Shown here piece after piece: positions 11,853 through 25,816 of a stretch of 64,000 nucleotides of DNA (position 1 is the first letter of the stretch; every line of letters begins with the position of its first letter). The notes beneath the pieces were generated by a model that saw only the letters and a list, made by a program, of their open reading frames with translations, made no database searches and was not told the DNA's origin. The stretch comes from Octopus vulgaris. Lineage: Eukaryota. The position numbers and the translations under genes are program-made. The DNA lies in contig OX597826.1 of NCBI GenBank assembly GCA_951406725.2, positions 19,592,001 to 19,656,000 on the forward strand, in the 5' to 3' direction.

Positions 11853-13430
11853 GTATCAGCTCAGTCAACTTGATGGCAACAGCTTCACCTACCTCTTTGA
11901 AGATCTCTGGGGGTATTCCGTCTGTTTAGGGAAGCTCTGTTTAGCAGCTGACTGAAGTGTTCACTCCAGCGCTGTATGATGTCGCTCTTCTCAGTAAGCA
12001 GGGTTCCATCGACAGAGCGCACAGGTGCCATTTCATTTAGCGTGGGGCCATACACGTCTTTCAAGCCGGCAAAGAATTTCTTGGAGCTGTGCTCGTCTGC
12101 ACACTGCTGCAGTTCTGCAGCTTTGTTTTCCCACCACTTGTCTTTCATCTGTCGCAGCTCAGTCTGCACCTTTCCTCTGATGTTCTTGAGGCGGTCGTGC
12201 TTGGGTTGGGAGTCTTTATCGTTGAGCCAGGCTGTGAACGCTTCTTTCTTCTCCTGGAGGAGGGTGGTGATCATCATACATCATAGAGCGCTGGAGAGAA
12301 CACTTCAGTCAGCTGCTAAACAGACTTTCCCTAAACAGACGGAATACCCCCAGAGGTCTTCAAAGAGGGAGGTGAAGCTGTTGCCATCAAGTTGACTGAG
12401 CTAATACAGCAGTTCTAGGACGAAGGGTCAGTGCCGTAGGGGGACAATAGACATGGTCTTTGCAGTACGGCAGATGGAAGAGAAGTGCAGAGAACAAAAC
12501 CAGAACCTCTACATCCTCTTCGTGGACCTGACGAAGGCTTTTGACACTCTCAGCCGAGAGGGCCTGTGGGATATCTTGTCCAAGCTAGGCTGCCCATCAA
12601 AGCTCGTCAGGATCATCCAGTCATTTCATGATGGCATGATGGCTCGCATCGTGGAAAACGGAGATGTCTCTGATCCATTCCCGGTCTCCAATGGTGTGAA
12701 GCAAGGCTATGTGATGGCTCCCACACTCTTCAGCCTCATGTTTGCCACCATACTCTTCCGCGCCCTGCCAAAGTCTGATGCTGGTGTCACTATTCGCTAT
12801 AGATGTGACAGCCGATTCTTTAAGCCCTAGTAAGAGACTTCCTGTTTGCAGACGATTGTGCGCTTGCAGCATTAAATGAACCAGACCTGCAAGAACTTGC
12901 CTCTTGTCTCGTAGAGGCAGCAAAAGCCTTCGGACTGACCATTAGCCTGCGAAAAACTGATGTTTTGTGTGGCCAAGAGTAAAGCTGTGTTTCCGTTTTG
13001 TGTGGCCAAGAGTAAAGCTGGCAAAGTCATACACTGCATCCCGGAAGTTGGCCCAAGCCTTCTCAAGGTTTCCCTCTGCTGGCAGATGTTCAAGCTGGTT
13101 CGCAAGGTTGGCAATGAGGGTCTCTTTTGTTTTTGGTTCATTGAGTTTCTGGACGTTCAGTTCCACCTCCGCTGCTTGCGACGAATCATGGGAATTTCCT
13201 GGGAGGACAGAGTCTCCAACACTGAGGTGCTTCGCAATGCCTAAATGCCCGAGATCGAAGCCCTCATCATGAAGGCCCAGCTCCGGTGGGTCGGACATGT
13301 AATCCGAATGGATGACGCGCATCTACCAAAGATGATCTTCTTCTCTGAGCTGGCTTCTGGAGCAAGAAACCCTGGAAGACCACTAAGGCGATACAAGGAC
13401 AGCCTGAAAACTTCCTTTGAGGCCTGCGCC
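11853..13430. mobile_element. Scrambled RTE-clade LINE (segments on both strands, internal deletions)
   Basis: RT motifs FVDLTKAFD and GVKQGYVMAPTLF and C-terminal LRWVGHVIRM are on +. Linker segments (KWWENKAAELQ, KAWANFRD) are on -. Confidence 0.85.
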
Positions 13431-13527
13431 TTTGGGTTCCGCTCCCACCTTCGGTGTCACTGACGTCATTATCGAACCCTGACAGACTTCCATTATATTA
13501 TATTATTTATATATGTGTGTATGTATG

Positions 13528-14340
13528 TCTTTATTCAGCTTATTTCAAGATGTCTTGCCAATAGAGAAACAATCGGTTTCTAAGCTGGATCCAAGGTTCC
13601 TTCATTGGAATTTCAACATCAACAACAGGATATGTATATATGTATGTATGTATGTGTGCATGTATGTATTTACGTGCAGATTTGTATGTTTTATGTATGT
13701 ATTCTCATGCATATAGTTGCATATCTAGACATTCTCATATATATCTAAATGATAAATTTCTGGAAAGTTTTACAGATTTTTACAGTTCCAGTGACGGAGT
13801 GGATCTTGTAGTCTTCGAATTAGCTTTCTTCTTTCTGATTTTGAGATGCTTAATTTCTCAAGATAGGTATTAGGCCCCAATAATTACATGTATAAACCTG
13901 AACTTGTAATCTGGATAGAGTAACTGCAGATTTCTCAATAGTTCAGCAAAGGTGTTCTCTTTTTCACTTATCTTCAGCTTCATGTTAATATCTACTGGGC
14001 AGCTAATTTCCACAACTAGTCACAGTTTCTCTTCTCTATCCCAAATCATATCAGGTCTGTTGTGCTTACATTTTATTGAGGTCTTCACTGGTACATTCCA
14101 CCAGTACTCCTTTTTATTATGAGTGGCTATGGCTTCTACCATATTGTGGGATCTTATTTCTTTGCCCTCGGGACTATCCTTCCGACGGATATGATGCGAC
14201 ATTCAAAGGTATTTTGGATCGATGTTAGGCCACTGCCACCTTGTTTTCGTTTTAGGCAGAAGTGGTCTGCGTCTCTGTTTATGTGGAAATTGTGTTTACT
14301 TGTTAGTATTTTTCGGGTTTTTAATCATCGAGCGTCCAGG
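13528..14340 (-). mobile_element. R4/Dong-like restriction-endonuclease LINE, 3' part
   Basis: YWWNVPV...HNRPD...VVEISCP endonuclease motifs and a 3' UTR running into (CATA)n. Confidence 0.8.
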
Positions 14341-14554
14341 AGGTGTTAATCTGCCAGTATCTGGGTTCACCACACTGTTGTAAATACTCATCACCAATTT
14401 CGTTAACAGCTTTCAATACCGTATCTGGTGGGGTTTTTTTCACTTATTTTGGTAGAGAATACTCTCTCCTCGAAGGAGTCCTTCAAAGCCAAAGTTATTT
14501 TTTCTCGGAAAATGTCAGTAAGGACACATTTCACTGGCATATAATCCTGACTAT

Positions 14555-14555
<1 letters not shown>

Positions 14556-14629
<74 letters not shown>
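14556..14629. repeat. (TAC)n microsatellite
   Basis: Read directly from the sequence. Confidence 0.95.
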
Positions 14630-15303
14630 ACTAATCGTTGCGGTTGTGCCTGCTATCTACCGTAGTCATAGTAGGAGGACAGTGGTCAGTTACTTGAACC
14701 AATAACGTAGTTTGGCTGGCAGGCACTATGTATGTATGTATGTATGCGTGCAGCATGCATTGATACAATACATAAATGACATATATTACACTACTTTAAA
14801 CCTCACCTAATTAACTGCTAAATCATTCATAACATTGATTAATATTACAATTTTGGAGATCTTCAGGAAAAAAGAAATTATTTTTTCAAATATTTTAAAA
14901 TTTCCTGTCATGAGAGCAAAACTACAATAGATGGGAGGTAACCCCTAAAGCTTTTTTTTTTACACTTATCTCCCTTGATAAGTATCCAAGTAAAAATTTA
15001 TTTAATCAAAGGGCGATAAATTTCGTTTGATGATCTATCTATTTATCTATCTATCTATCAGTACACACACACACACACACAAGTGCTATACTGTGTTTCT
15101 GGTAACAGAATGAGCAAAACAATGTTAATGCTGACATTTCTCCTGTGAAATATGAAATTTCATTCCCTGACGAATTTCTTAGGAGCGGAGTCAGGAAGAG
15201 AACTCAGCTGTAAAATCCTGCCTCCAAATCTGTTCCTATGGCAGCAATAACAGCGCGGATAAACTGGACATTAAACGTACGATGAACAGTGTGTATGCAA
15301 GAA

Positions 15304-15936
15304 CGAGGGCTGTTCATTAAAGATTTCCCCTGACCCACTTCCCAAGGAATGGGATAAACGAAATTTAGTATAATTATTAGTCCTTCTCTACATAGCCATC
15401 ACCAATGGTGACGCATTTCTCCAATCGGTTTATACAGTTGTGAAGATCTCGTCTGTAGATGTCGGTAGGTTGCTTTACCTAGGAAATAAGTTCATTATCA
15501 TCCGAAAAGTGTTTCCTCTTTAAAAAAGACTTCATCGCTGGAAAGAGGTAGAATTCAGATGGTGCGGAGTCAGGATGAGGAAGGATTTCATCAGGGCAAC
15601 ATGTGCATTGTGAACTGGGGCGTCGTATTGGAGGGGCGGATTCCTTTGGTCAGCATGCCACGCTTCTCTGCTTTGATAGCGTCCCGCAATTTCTGCAACA
15701 GAGAAGCATAGGTCCCGTTAATTGTGGTGCCAGAAAATCCATCATCACTACTCCACGCTGGTCCCGAAAGACTGTGAGTGTCACCTTGCCTGCTGAGGGC
15801 TGGGCACGAACCTTCTTTGGAGGTGATGAGTAATCATGTTTCCATTGCTTCGACTGCACTTTAATCTCAGGATCATAATAATGACTTATATTTCCTCCTG
15901 TGTGATAAGTCTGTTCGCATTTGAACTGGCGATGCC
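15304..15936 (-). mobile_element. Mariner transposon, 3' part with TIR
   Basis: TIR cgagggctgttcattaaagatttcccctgac, plus transposase peptides QSKQWKH...SAGKVTLTVF and a PHPDSAPSEF variant of YSPDLAPSDF. Confidence 0.8.
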
Positions 15937-16432
15937 TTTACCCCTCTGACTTAAGACATAAAATTCCACGCTCTTCCCCTATCACTTTTCTCGCACACAC
16001 ACGCACACGCACACTCACAGTGAAAAATTCCACCCCACACACCATAACTGATGTATACATAACCGCTTCTATACACCATCCACTCATATACATATGTGTC
16101 ATGGCCAGAGTTTTCGAAATTATTAACTATCCTTTTGATCTCAGTTAAAATGCCGAGATGCAGTCTTTTGGCTTAGAAAAAAGAATAGTTATGAAATTCC
16201 AAAAATGTATCCGAGTTTCCCATACAGAGCGTATCCCGAAGTCAATTATCGCTCCGTAAGCGCGAACTTCTGTAACCGGAGGTGACCGTAACGAGTTGAC
16301 TGCCTAATGCCTCGGTGTATGAGTGTACATATGTGTGTGTGCGTGTGTGTGTGTATGTGTGTGTGTGTGCGTGTGTGAGCGCGTGCACGTATTTAGAGAG
16401 AAGATTGATAGATTAACGGATAGACAGATATT

Positions 16433-17056
16433 CGAGGGTTTGCTCATTAAAGATTTCCCCTGACTCACTGGTTATTGCAGGTAGCGGGACTTGTACAGCT
16501 GTAATTATACATATCTCTACGTGTCATATTGTAAATTTCAGCTTTCCACTAGTATTCGTTTGTTTTTTATGGCTGCTGAAGTGGACTAAGCTGTTATAAT
16601 GGAGACGGGTGAATGCAGATCAGTGATCGGGTTCTTATACTTGAAAGGTCGTACGACAAAAGAAACTTTCGATGAGATGAAAGAAGTTTCTCGTGACGAT
16701 GCACCATCATACAACGTAGTCAAGCACCGGCATCGCCAGTTCAAATGCGAACAGACTTATCACACAGGAGGAAATATAAGTCATTATTATGATCCTGAGA
16801 TTAAAGTCCAGTCGAAGCAATGGAAACATGATTACTCATCACCTCCAAAGAAGGTTCGTGCCCAGCCCTCAGCAGGCAAGGTGACACTCACAGTCTTTCG
16901 GGACCAGCGTGGAGTAGTGATGATGGGTTTTCTGGCACCACAATTAACGGGACCTATGCTTCTCTGTTGCAGAAATTGCGGGACGCTATCAAAGCAGAGA
17001 AGCGTGGCATGCTGACCAAAGGAGTCCGCCCCTCCAATACGACGCCCCAGTTCACA
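16433..17056 (+). mobile_element. Mariner transposon, 5' part with TIR
   Basis: Same TIR, followed by an ORF at 16599-17015 with the HTH N-terminus (ECRSVIGFL...) fused by deletion to HYYDPE...QSKQW. Confidence 0.85.
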
Positions 17057-17199
17057 GAGCCTTTCCTCTTCTCATTTCTACAATTACATCCATAGAAATA
17101 AACCAGAATTTTTTTTCACAGTTCTTACGTGATGCTTTTTTCATTTCTACATTTATTCATTTTATTAATCTTATCTCCATTTTCTCTCTTGGTTTTTAT

Positions 17200-17257
<58 letters not shown>

Positions 17258-17451
17258 ACTGATTGATTGATTGATTAACTGATTGATTGATTGATTGATT
17301 GTCAACATACCATATATCGGAAAAAGAAGCACATTCTAAAAAATAGAGCAGTAAATATTAAAACAAAAAGTTAAATTCTGGTTATAGAGTGACCAAAGGT
17401 TTCGTATCCACAAAAGCTACAGCTTTGTGGACAGCTGTAGAGACCGAAGAG

Positions 17452-18340
17452 AACCTTTTCTCTAAGACATCCAGGATGTACAATCCGATAAGATCGCAGA
17501 CATCGGCGCTATCATAGGTTCCCACAGCCAGATCGAAGGAACCCTCGGAGTCAGATTGCTTAACCCATGTCAAATCTTTGTTGAACAGTACCGTCTTCCT
17601 GGCATAGATGATAACGTTAATATCACTATCACTAATATCTGTGAAGCCCTGAGCAAAGGAAAGTGTCTTCATCAACAATCCTTCTGAAATCGAACTGTGT
17701 AAACCTAGCCCTGCCTCTCCCCCCGTTGGCATTAAACCACGAGGTCACCTCATTCGTGCTGCACCACTGAGAGACGCCCGTGGCCCTCCATGTATCGCCA
17801 TTAATCTTCCTCAGTATATACTTACTTGCCTGGTCAGTCATGAATTTGGCAAGGTTGATCAGGCAGCATTTGGGGTTAGAGGCAAAGTTCGGCTTGTGGT
17901 CATTTAAAGTGACGAAAGGCACTTCTCTGGTTCAAGATCTCAACCCTGTCCGCTATACCTAGGCTAATTTCTGTCTGTTTAGCTTCACAGTTAATGTTAT
18001 TATAAGTGTGTAGAGAAGTGCGGCTGTAATTTTGTGTAATAGGATCATTAAAAAGTCTATCGTAAGAGTATGTGTCGATCATGTATAAGTTCTTAGTCTT
18101 ATCCGAGAAGATTAAAGACTTGTTAGAGTTTCTTATTTTAGGTATATCTTCTCGGAGTTTGCTCTGAAAGGAGGAAGAGGACTATAGAATTTCAGCTTGA
18201 GTATTATGTCTTGTAGGTCCGCTTCGAACGTCTCAAGTTCATTGATTCTAGGTGGAAACTTCCTAGACTTGATACTCGGAGGGTAGCGTGCTTTGATCTT
18301 AGAAAAACGCTTTCCACCTCATGCGCCTTATAAGGTGCAT
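17452..18340 (-). pseudogene. Penelope-like element reverse transcriptase fragment
   Basis: FVTLNDHKPNF...PKCCLINLAK and FDLAVGTYDSADVCDLIGLYIL, resembling the PLE motif FDVxMGSYDGAEVCELVGL. Contains stops and frameshifts. Confidence 0.85.
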
Positions 18341-18690
18341 TTTCTCCAGAGCCTACCAGAGATACACCAGGAGTGCGAATATAGTCACCTCCTAAGCTTG
18401 TAAATATATCGGATCAGCCAGCACATCTTTCAAACAATGCTTCCGCAACCACTAGTCATCAAGGAATCCCATATGATATCAGGTGGAAGATCATAGAACA
18501 TCCAGGCCCATATATTAATGAAAGTGGCCGTCGCCAAATCTTCATCGCAAAAAGAACCAAAATTCTTAGGGACTATGCTAAGTCTGGCACGTTAAATAAT
18601 CGTAAAGAAATAATATATATCCCTCTATACACAATCATACAAACCCCTTTAAATATATATATATATATATATTTATACATATATATATAT

Positions 18691-20636
18691 ACTAGCATTA
18701 AAGACCCGTCGTTGCCGGATCATAGTGCTAGTGCATGTATATATGTGTATATATATGTGTACATATTACATGTACATCTGTATATATACATCTACACATA
18801 AAATACAAAATACAAAGTTATATCTTGATATTGCTAGTGATAACAATACTCAAAATATATAACAGACTGGAATTGTTAGCCTGTCTCTTGTAATTTCGAT
18901 CAATTGTATCTTGTCCTCCCTCTTGTATAGAAGTGTGGCTACAATCCAGCCTACCTCTACTTCGGGGGGGGGGGGGGGTGCATTTTAAACTTTTATCCGG
19001 GACGTCCTAGGCCCCAGATATACTCTTTACTCTTTTACTTGTTTCAGTCATTTGACTGCGGCCATACTGGAGCACCGCCTTTAGTCGAGCAAATCGACCC
19101 CGGGACTTATTCTTTGTAAGCCCAGTACTTATTCTATCGGTCTGTTTTACCGAACCGCTAAGTAACGGGGACGTAAACACACCAGCATCGGTTGTCAAGC
19201 AATGCTAGGGGGACAAACACAGACACACAAACATATACACACACACACATATATATATATATACGACAGGCTTCTTTCAGTTTCCGTCTACCAAATCCAC
19301 TCACAAGGCATTGGTCGGCCCAGGGCTATAGCAGAAGACACTTGCCCAAGATGCCACGCAGTGAGACTGAACCTGGAACCATGTGGTTGGTTAGCAAGCT
19401 ACTTACCACACAGCCACTCCTGCGCCTATAAAGGTAAAAATAAAATATTTCCACTTTGCAAGGTTCGAGTCGAGTACTCCCTTGCATGCTCCGTTGACTC
19501 GAACCTTGCTTCTATTGTGGCGAATTTACCGCCTCTGGTTAGATACTTGATATCTTTCATAGTCGCACCAAGACACTTTTCAATGGTGCTTTCCTCCAGG
19601 TGTTCAAATCGTTTTTTTCTCTACATAGGCAATAGTCGTTTCTTTAATTTTATTTTTTATTTCGTTTGGTGGTGTTATCCTAGATTCACCGTCTTTGTCG
19701 GTGATCAATCCGAAATAGGTTTGTATTTCTTCCATTTTAATTTTAATGAGTTTGCCGCCCGCCGACGGCTGCAGCGAAATTCATTTTTGGACTTTCTTCT
19801 ATCGAAGGCATTCTAACAAAAATGCTTCCGTGTAAACGGTGAAAATATTTTCAATTTCCCCAAACAGGGACACAATTCAATTTTTAAACAATAACCAAAG
19901 CCCCTTCTCCGAAAGGGGGAGGGTAACGGTTTACAATTATTCAACATTGCAACACAACAACGCTTCCCTTACGAGGAACCAACAAACGTGATAACAATAG
20001 TTAAACAGAAATAATAATAACAAACCTTACGGTAAACAAAAAAGCAGTACTCTGTTGAAGCTTTAGGCCTTTATGGATCAGAAATAAACCAACAGCGGTA
20101 CTAAGTAGAAGCATCTTTCGTACAGCCAAACTTCATAAATATACTTAATGCTAGCTAATTAGCAAATAATCTAATGTAAAAGCCGTGCACACCTCCATCT
20201 GGACTATTCCATTTCTGCACTTAAATTTTATTTATTTATTCCCATTCATGTGAAACCACTGATTCAAGTTCAAGTCATTGATGCAATGTTACGATTTAAT
20301 TATTATATCATACTTTAGTTTGATTTTAATTATTACTTACAGCATATAATTCAATTATTATTATCTCTAATTTTTATTGTTAAAATGAAAGTATCTGACA
20401 TAAAATAGAGAGATGTTTTTGTTTCACATTTAACACGTAATACTGAAATAGTGGAGAAGATATGATATTGCTATGGGCTCACCCTAGGGAAGCGGTTGAA
20501 CATTTCTTTTGCCCATGAAACTACATGGACACTAAGTAAGGCATGTGTAAAATTTGAATGAAATTGGTTGTGTAGTTCTCAAGTTTTAGGCAAACACACA
20601 GACAGACAGACACACATTCTCAGTTTTATATATATA
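18691..20636 (+). mobile_element. Helentron-associated (HINE/DINE-1-like) non-autonomous element with a nested SINE
   Basis: 5' ACTAGCA...ACCCGTCGTTGCCGG and 3' (GACA)n...AGTTTTATATATA, the same architecture as 29314-29710. Confidence 0.55.
19023..19426 (-). mobile_element. Full-length tRNA-derived SINE
   Basis: Reverse complement of 57757-58173, with A/B boxes, an internal microsatellite and a LINE-like 3' tail. Confidence 0.9.
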
Positions 20637-20769
20637 ATAGAAATATTAAAATTACTAAGTCTCTCTAAAGGAGATTACGGCAGCGTTACTGGATATTAAT
20701 AGTTATCGCCATACTAATATGGTAGTCTATAAATATAAGACTTAAGCTGTCGCTGATTAGCTCCAAGAG

Positions 20770-20983
20770 GCCATCGCCTCTAGCTAGCTATATGACACAC
20801 GAACCTGCGTCCATTACAATCTTCGAACAGGGGAGGTCTGACTACGCTGCATTGATAAAGGGCAACAACACTGAAACATCTCTGCAGATGTCTGACTAGC
20901 AAGGTGAAGCGGCTGACCTCTCCTGTTCGAAGGTTGTAATGGACGCAGGTTCGTGTGTCATATAGCTATCTAGAGGCGATGGC
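20770..20983. repeat. ~69-bp inverted repeat enclosing a hammerhead motif
   Basis: 20770-20838 pairs with 20915-20983, with only a few mismatches. Confidence 0.9.
20846..20900 (+). ncRNA. Type I hammerhead ribozyme motif, U3:A8 core
   Basis: GCUGCA-UUGAUAA-AGGG-caacaa-CACU-GAAACAUCU-cugc-AGAUGUC/UGACUAGC: 6-bp stem III and GUC triplet. Stems I and II are imperfect. Confidence 0.6.
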
Positions 20984-21000
20984 AGATGCCAATCAATCAA

Positions 21001-21002
<2 letters not shown>

Positions 21003-21064
<62 letters not shown>

Positions 21065-21113
21065 CATTTATATATATATATTTATACATATATATATATA
21101 TATATATTTATAC

Positions 21114-21190
<77 letters not shown>

Positions 21191-21192
21191 TT

Positions 21193-21262
<70 letters not shown>

Positions 21263-21526
21263 TTATACATATATATATATTTGTACACACACATATATAT
21301 ATATATATACATTTATACATATATATATATATTTATACATATATATATATATATTTATACATATATATATATTTATACATATATATATATATATTTATAC
21401 ATATATATATATATTTATACATATATATATATATATTTATACATATATATATATATATATTTATACATAGATATACATATATATATTTATACATATATAT
21501 ATATATTTATACATATATATATATTT

Positions 21527-21565
<39 letters not shown>

Positions 21566-21880
21566 CATATATATATATATTTATACATATATATATATAT
21601 ATTTATACATATATATATATATATTTATACATATATATATATTTATACATATATATATATATTTATACATATATATATATATATTTATATATATATATAT
21701 ATATATATTTATACATATATATATATTTATACATATATATATATATTTATACATATATATATATATATATATTTATACATATATATATATTTATACATAT
21801 ATATATATTTATACATATATATATATATTTATACATATATATATTTATACATTTATATATATTTATACATATATATATTT

Positions 21881-21935
<55 letters not shown>

Positions 21936-22119
21936 CATATATATATATATATTTATACATATATATATATATTTATACATATATATATATTTATACATAT
22001 ATATATATATATTTATACATATATATATATATATATTTATACATATATATATATATATTTATACATATATATATATATATTATATATATATATATATTAT
22101 CTTCAATTCACCAATAATG

Positions 22120-22158
<39 letters not shown>

Positions 22159-22233
22159 CATATACATATATATTTATACATATATATATATATATATATT
22201 TATACATATATATATATATATATATATTTATAC

Positions 22234-22235
<2 letters not shown>
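21003..22235. repeat. (TA)n array periodically interrupted by TTTATACA
   Basis: Read directly. Same pattern at 25268-26095, 26262-26593, 28437-29101 and 33523-34312. Confidence 0.95.
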
Positions 22236-22264
<29 letters not shown>

Positions 22265-25200
22265 CTAGTTTCAGCTCATGAGCTGTGGCCATGCTGGGGC
22301 ACCGCCATTTGGTGTTGCTACTTGGTTTTACTTCACGAAAGCTTTTTAGCAACTGCCATTTGGTGCATGAGAGAGTTCGATGCAGCTGCCCTCATCTGCA
22401 CCTCCTGCCGTGAAGTTGGTTCATCTGGGACACCTGACAGGAAGAGATCCAGTTCCATTTTAAAGACATCTGCATCCACCACATGCAGGTCTCTCAGGTT
22501 CTTCGGGAGGATATTGAAGAGCTGTGGGCCACGGAAACCCAGGCTATCACAGTATCTTGCCCTACATCTTGATGGCAAATTTGGAGTCCTAGGCACCACG
22601 CAGTATTCCCAGTTCTGGCATTTGTGTAACTCTCGATGCCAAAGTTTGGGACACGTCCCTCCAGGATCTTCCAGATGTATATTATGGCATATCTTTCCCG
22701 CCTACGCTCCAAGGAATATAGTTTTAATCTCTTGAGTCTTTCCCAGTAGCTTACATTCTGCATAGAGGCTATCTTCTTCGTGTAGCTACGCTGGATCGCC
22801 TCGAGCTCTGTGATCAACTTGACACTGGATGGGGACCATAACTGAGAGCAATAGTCAAAGTGGCTTAGGACAAGTGTCCTCCAGAGGGCCATCATGGTTT
22901 CTTGTTCTCTTGTTCTAAAGGTTCTGAGAATCCATCCAGCCAGCCGTCTACATTTTATTGCCAGTTTAGCAACATGTACATGAAAGGTCGCGTCATCACT
23001 CATGTGAATACCCAGGTCACGCACTGATTGTGTCTCTGGGATTGCAATCCCTCCGGGTCCAGTGTATTCATTGGGTGTTGCATTCAGTTTTGCATGCTGA
23101 TAGTATAAAGCTTCAAACTTTTCAGCATTGAACTGCATGCTATTCTTTTCAGCCCACTTGTATATTTCGTCCAGCTCACATTGCAGGTGCTTAGTGTCTT
23201 CAGGGTTCTGTATTGCCTGTGAAACTTTTGTATCATCTGCATAACTTGTGACCGTGGCTCTCTGCGCGGCTGAGGGCATGTCTGAGAGGGCCATTATGAA
23301 CAGTTGTGGTCCCAAAACAGTGCCCTGCGGAACACCGCTCACTATTTGTGTGTTAATGGAAGTGGCTGCTACCACCTGACTTCTATTCTTCAGAAAGTCA
23401 TGAAGCCATTCTCCCAATTTTCCAACTATGCCAAGATCACGCAGTTTGTGACATATCATTCCATGATCGACTTTATCAAAGGCCTTTGCAAAGTCGAGAT
23501 ATATGACTTCCACATTTGAGTGGTTGAGCAGTTGTTTCAGCACCCAGTCATAGTGTTGTAGGAGCTGAGTTAAACAGCTTCTTCCTGGTCGGAAACCATG
23601 TTGGGTGTCAGGCAGCAAGTCATTTTCTTCAAGGAAGGTGATTAGTTTCCTTCTGACTATTCGTTCCATGACCTTGCTGATGTGTGAGGTGAGAGAGATA
23701 GGTCTATAGTTCTTGGCCTCTGCTCTGCTACCACCTTTATGAATAGGGCATATTTTACCTTCCTTCAGTTTTTTGGGAAGTTTGCCAGCTGCATGGAAGC
23801 TCTGAAAGAGGATCTGCAGTGGTCTTGCTAGGACTCTCTTACATACTTTTAGGAGGATTGCCGGGAATCCATCGGGGCCAATAGCTGATTCTGTTTTCAT
23901 TTCATCTATGGCCTTTATTACATCGTCTTCCTTTATATCGATGTAATTTATCGTCGCCGCCTCTGATTTTATATCTGCAGTGGTAAAGAAGTCAGTTGGA
24001 TTGGTGATTTGGAAATGCCCGAGGAGTGGAGTGAAAACACTCTTGAATTGCTCATTCAGTATTTCACTTACCCTCATTGGTTTTCCTGTGAGTGTGCCAT
24101 CCTTTTCAAGGAGTGGCCCTATCCTACTGTGCACCGTAGCTGTTTCTTTGGCATACCTGTAGAAAGCTCTGGGGTTAGATTTTATGTTGTCTATAGCCCA
24201 GACTTCTTTGTCTGCTCTTTCCTTTTCATGGGAGAGTTGCAGACATTTTTCAATTTCCAACAGTTTTATTTTCAGGCGGGACTTTTCACTGCTTTCAATC
24301 TGTTTGTTTAGGCGATTTGAAATTTTTGTGCGCCGTCTCATTAAGATTTTCCTCTCTCTGGGGATTTTGTTCTTGTGTACAGTGGCCTTTCTCTCTGGGA
24401 CACGTTTGTAGCATATGGCTTGCGTTACAGACATGAATTGTTGAAGTTTCACGTCGATGTCTGGCGAGGAGAGACATTTAGGCCAGTTTTGTTTGAGGAT
24501 CTCTTTCTCAATTTGTTTCCAGTTTGCCTTATGGTAGTTCAAGCTGGAAAGATTCTGGGGGTTTCTTGTAGGTTGCATGTCCGTGCTCTCTTTTGGCCCG
24601 TACATGGTCAGCTCTACCATGTTATGATCCGAGAGTAGTGTCGTTGTCACTATCACATTATGGATGAGATCCATATTATTTGTGAAGCAGAGATCCAGTG
24701 TGTTACCTGCCCTGGTTGGTTGAAGTATTACTTGCTCCATGTACAGGGTGTTAATGAGGTTCAGGAGGGACCTCGCCTGTCCTCGTTCACATCTTGTCAT
24801 TCCTGGGAGAGAAAGGCCCTCGGGCCATCTGACATTGGGTAGATTGAAGTCTCCCATAAGAAGTACACTTATGTGTTGTTCTAATGTGATTAGAACTTCT
24901 TCTATTTTTATAAGGCTGTCTACAAACTTGCCCATATGGCTTGGGGCATCTGGAGGGCGATATGTAGCACACACAACTACATCAAGTTGCCTTATATGTA
25001 CAATTAGTGTGTCACACACCGAGTTTGAGTATGACATGAGGACCTGGGGTGTGAGGTCCTCACGGATGTACATAGCAACTCCTCCATGACTCCTTTCTTT
25101 TCTGTCGGTCCGTAGTACAACATACTGTGGTATGTGTAACTCCGCATCTGCTATGTCCGTTTTCAGGTGCGTTTCCGTAAGTGCTATGCATAAGGCTTGA

Positions 25201-25267
25201 TTGCATGCAACAAAGTCTCTCAAGAACGGGATTTTTGTCCTGTTACTGAGTGGTTGCAGTCCTCTGA
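22236..25267 (-). mobile_element. CR1-group LINE with near-complete APE-RT ORF2 (one frameshift near 22615)
   Basis: APE motifs IRGL, LTETHL, GDFN and SDH; RT motifs [24 protein letters not shown] and YADD; 3' UTR ends in (AATC)n; 5' end abuts (TA)n. Confidence 0.95.
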
Positions 25268-25453
25268 TATATATATATATATATATATATTTATACATAT
25301 ATATATATATTTATACATATATATATAGATTTATACATATATATATATATTTATACATATATATATATTTATACATATATATATATATTTATACATATAT
25401 ATATATTTATACATATATATATATATATATTTATACATATATATATATATATT

Positions 25454-25550
<97 letters not shown>

Positions 25551-25780
25551 TTATACATATATATATATTTATACATATATATATATATATATATATAGAT
25601 ATTTATACATATATATATATTTATACATATATATATAGATATTTATACATATATATATATATTTATACATATATATATATATATATTTATACATATATAT
25701 ATATATTTATACATATATATATATTTATACATATATATATTTATACATATATATATATATTTATACATATATATATATTT

Positions 25781-25816
<36 letters not shown>

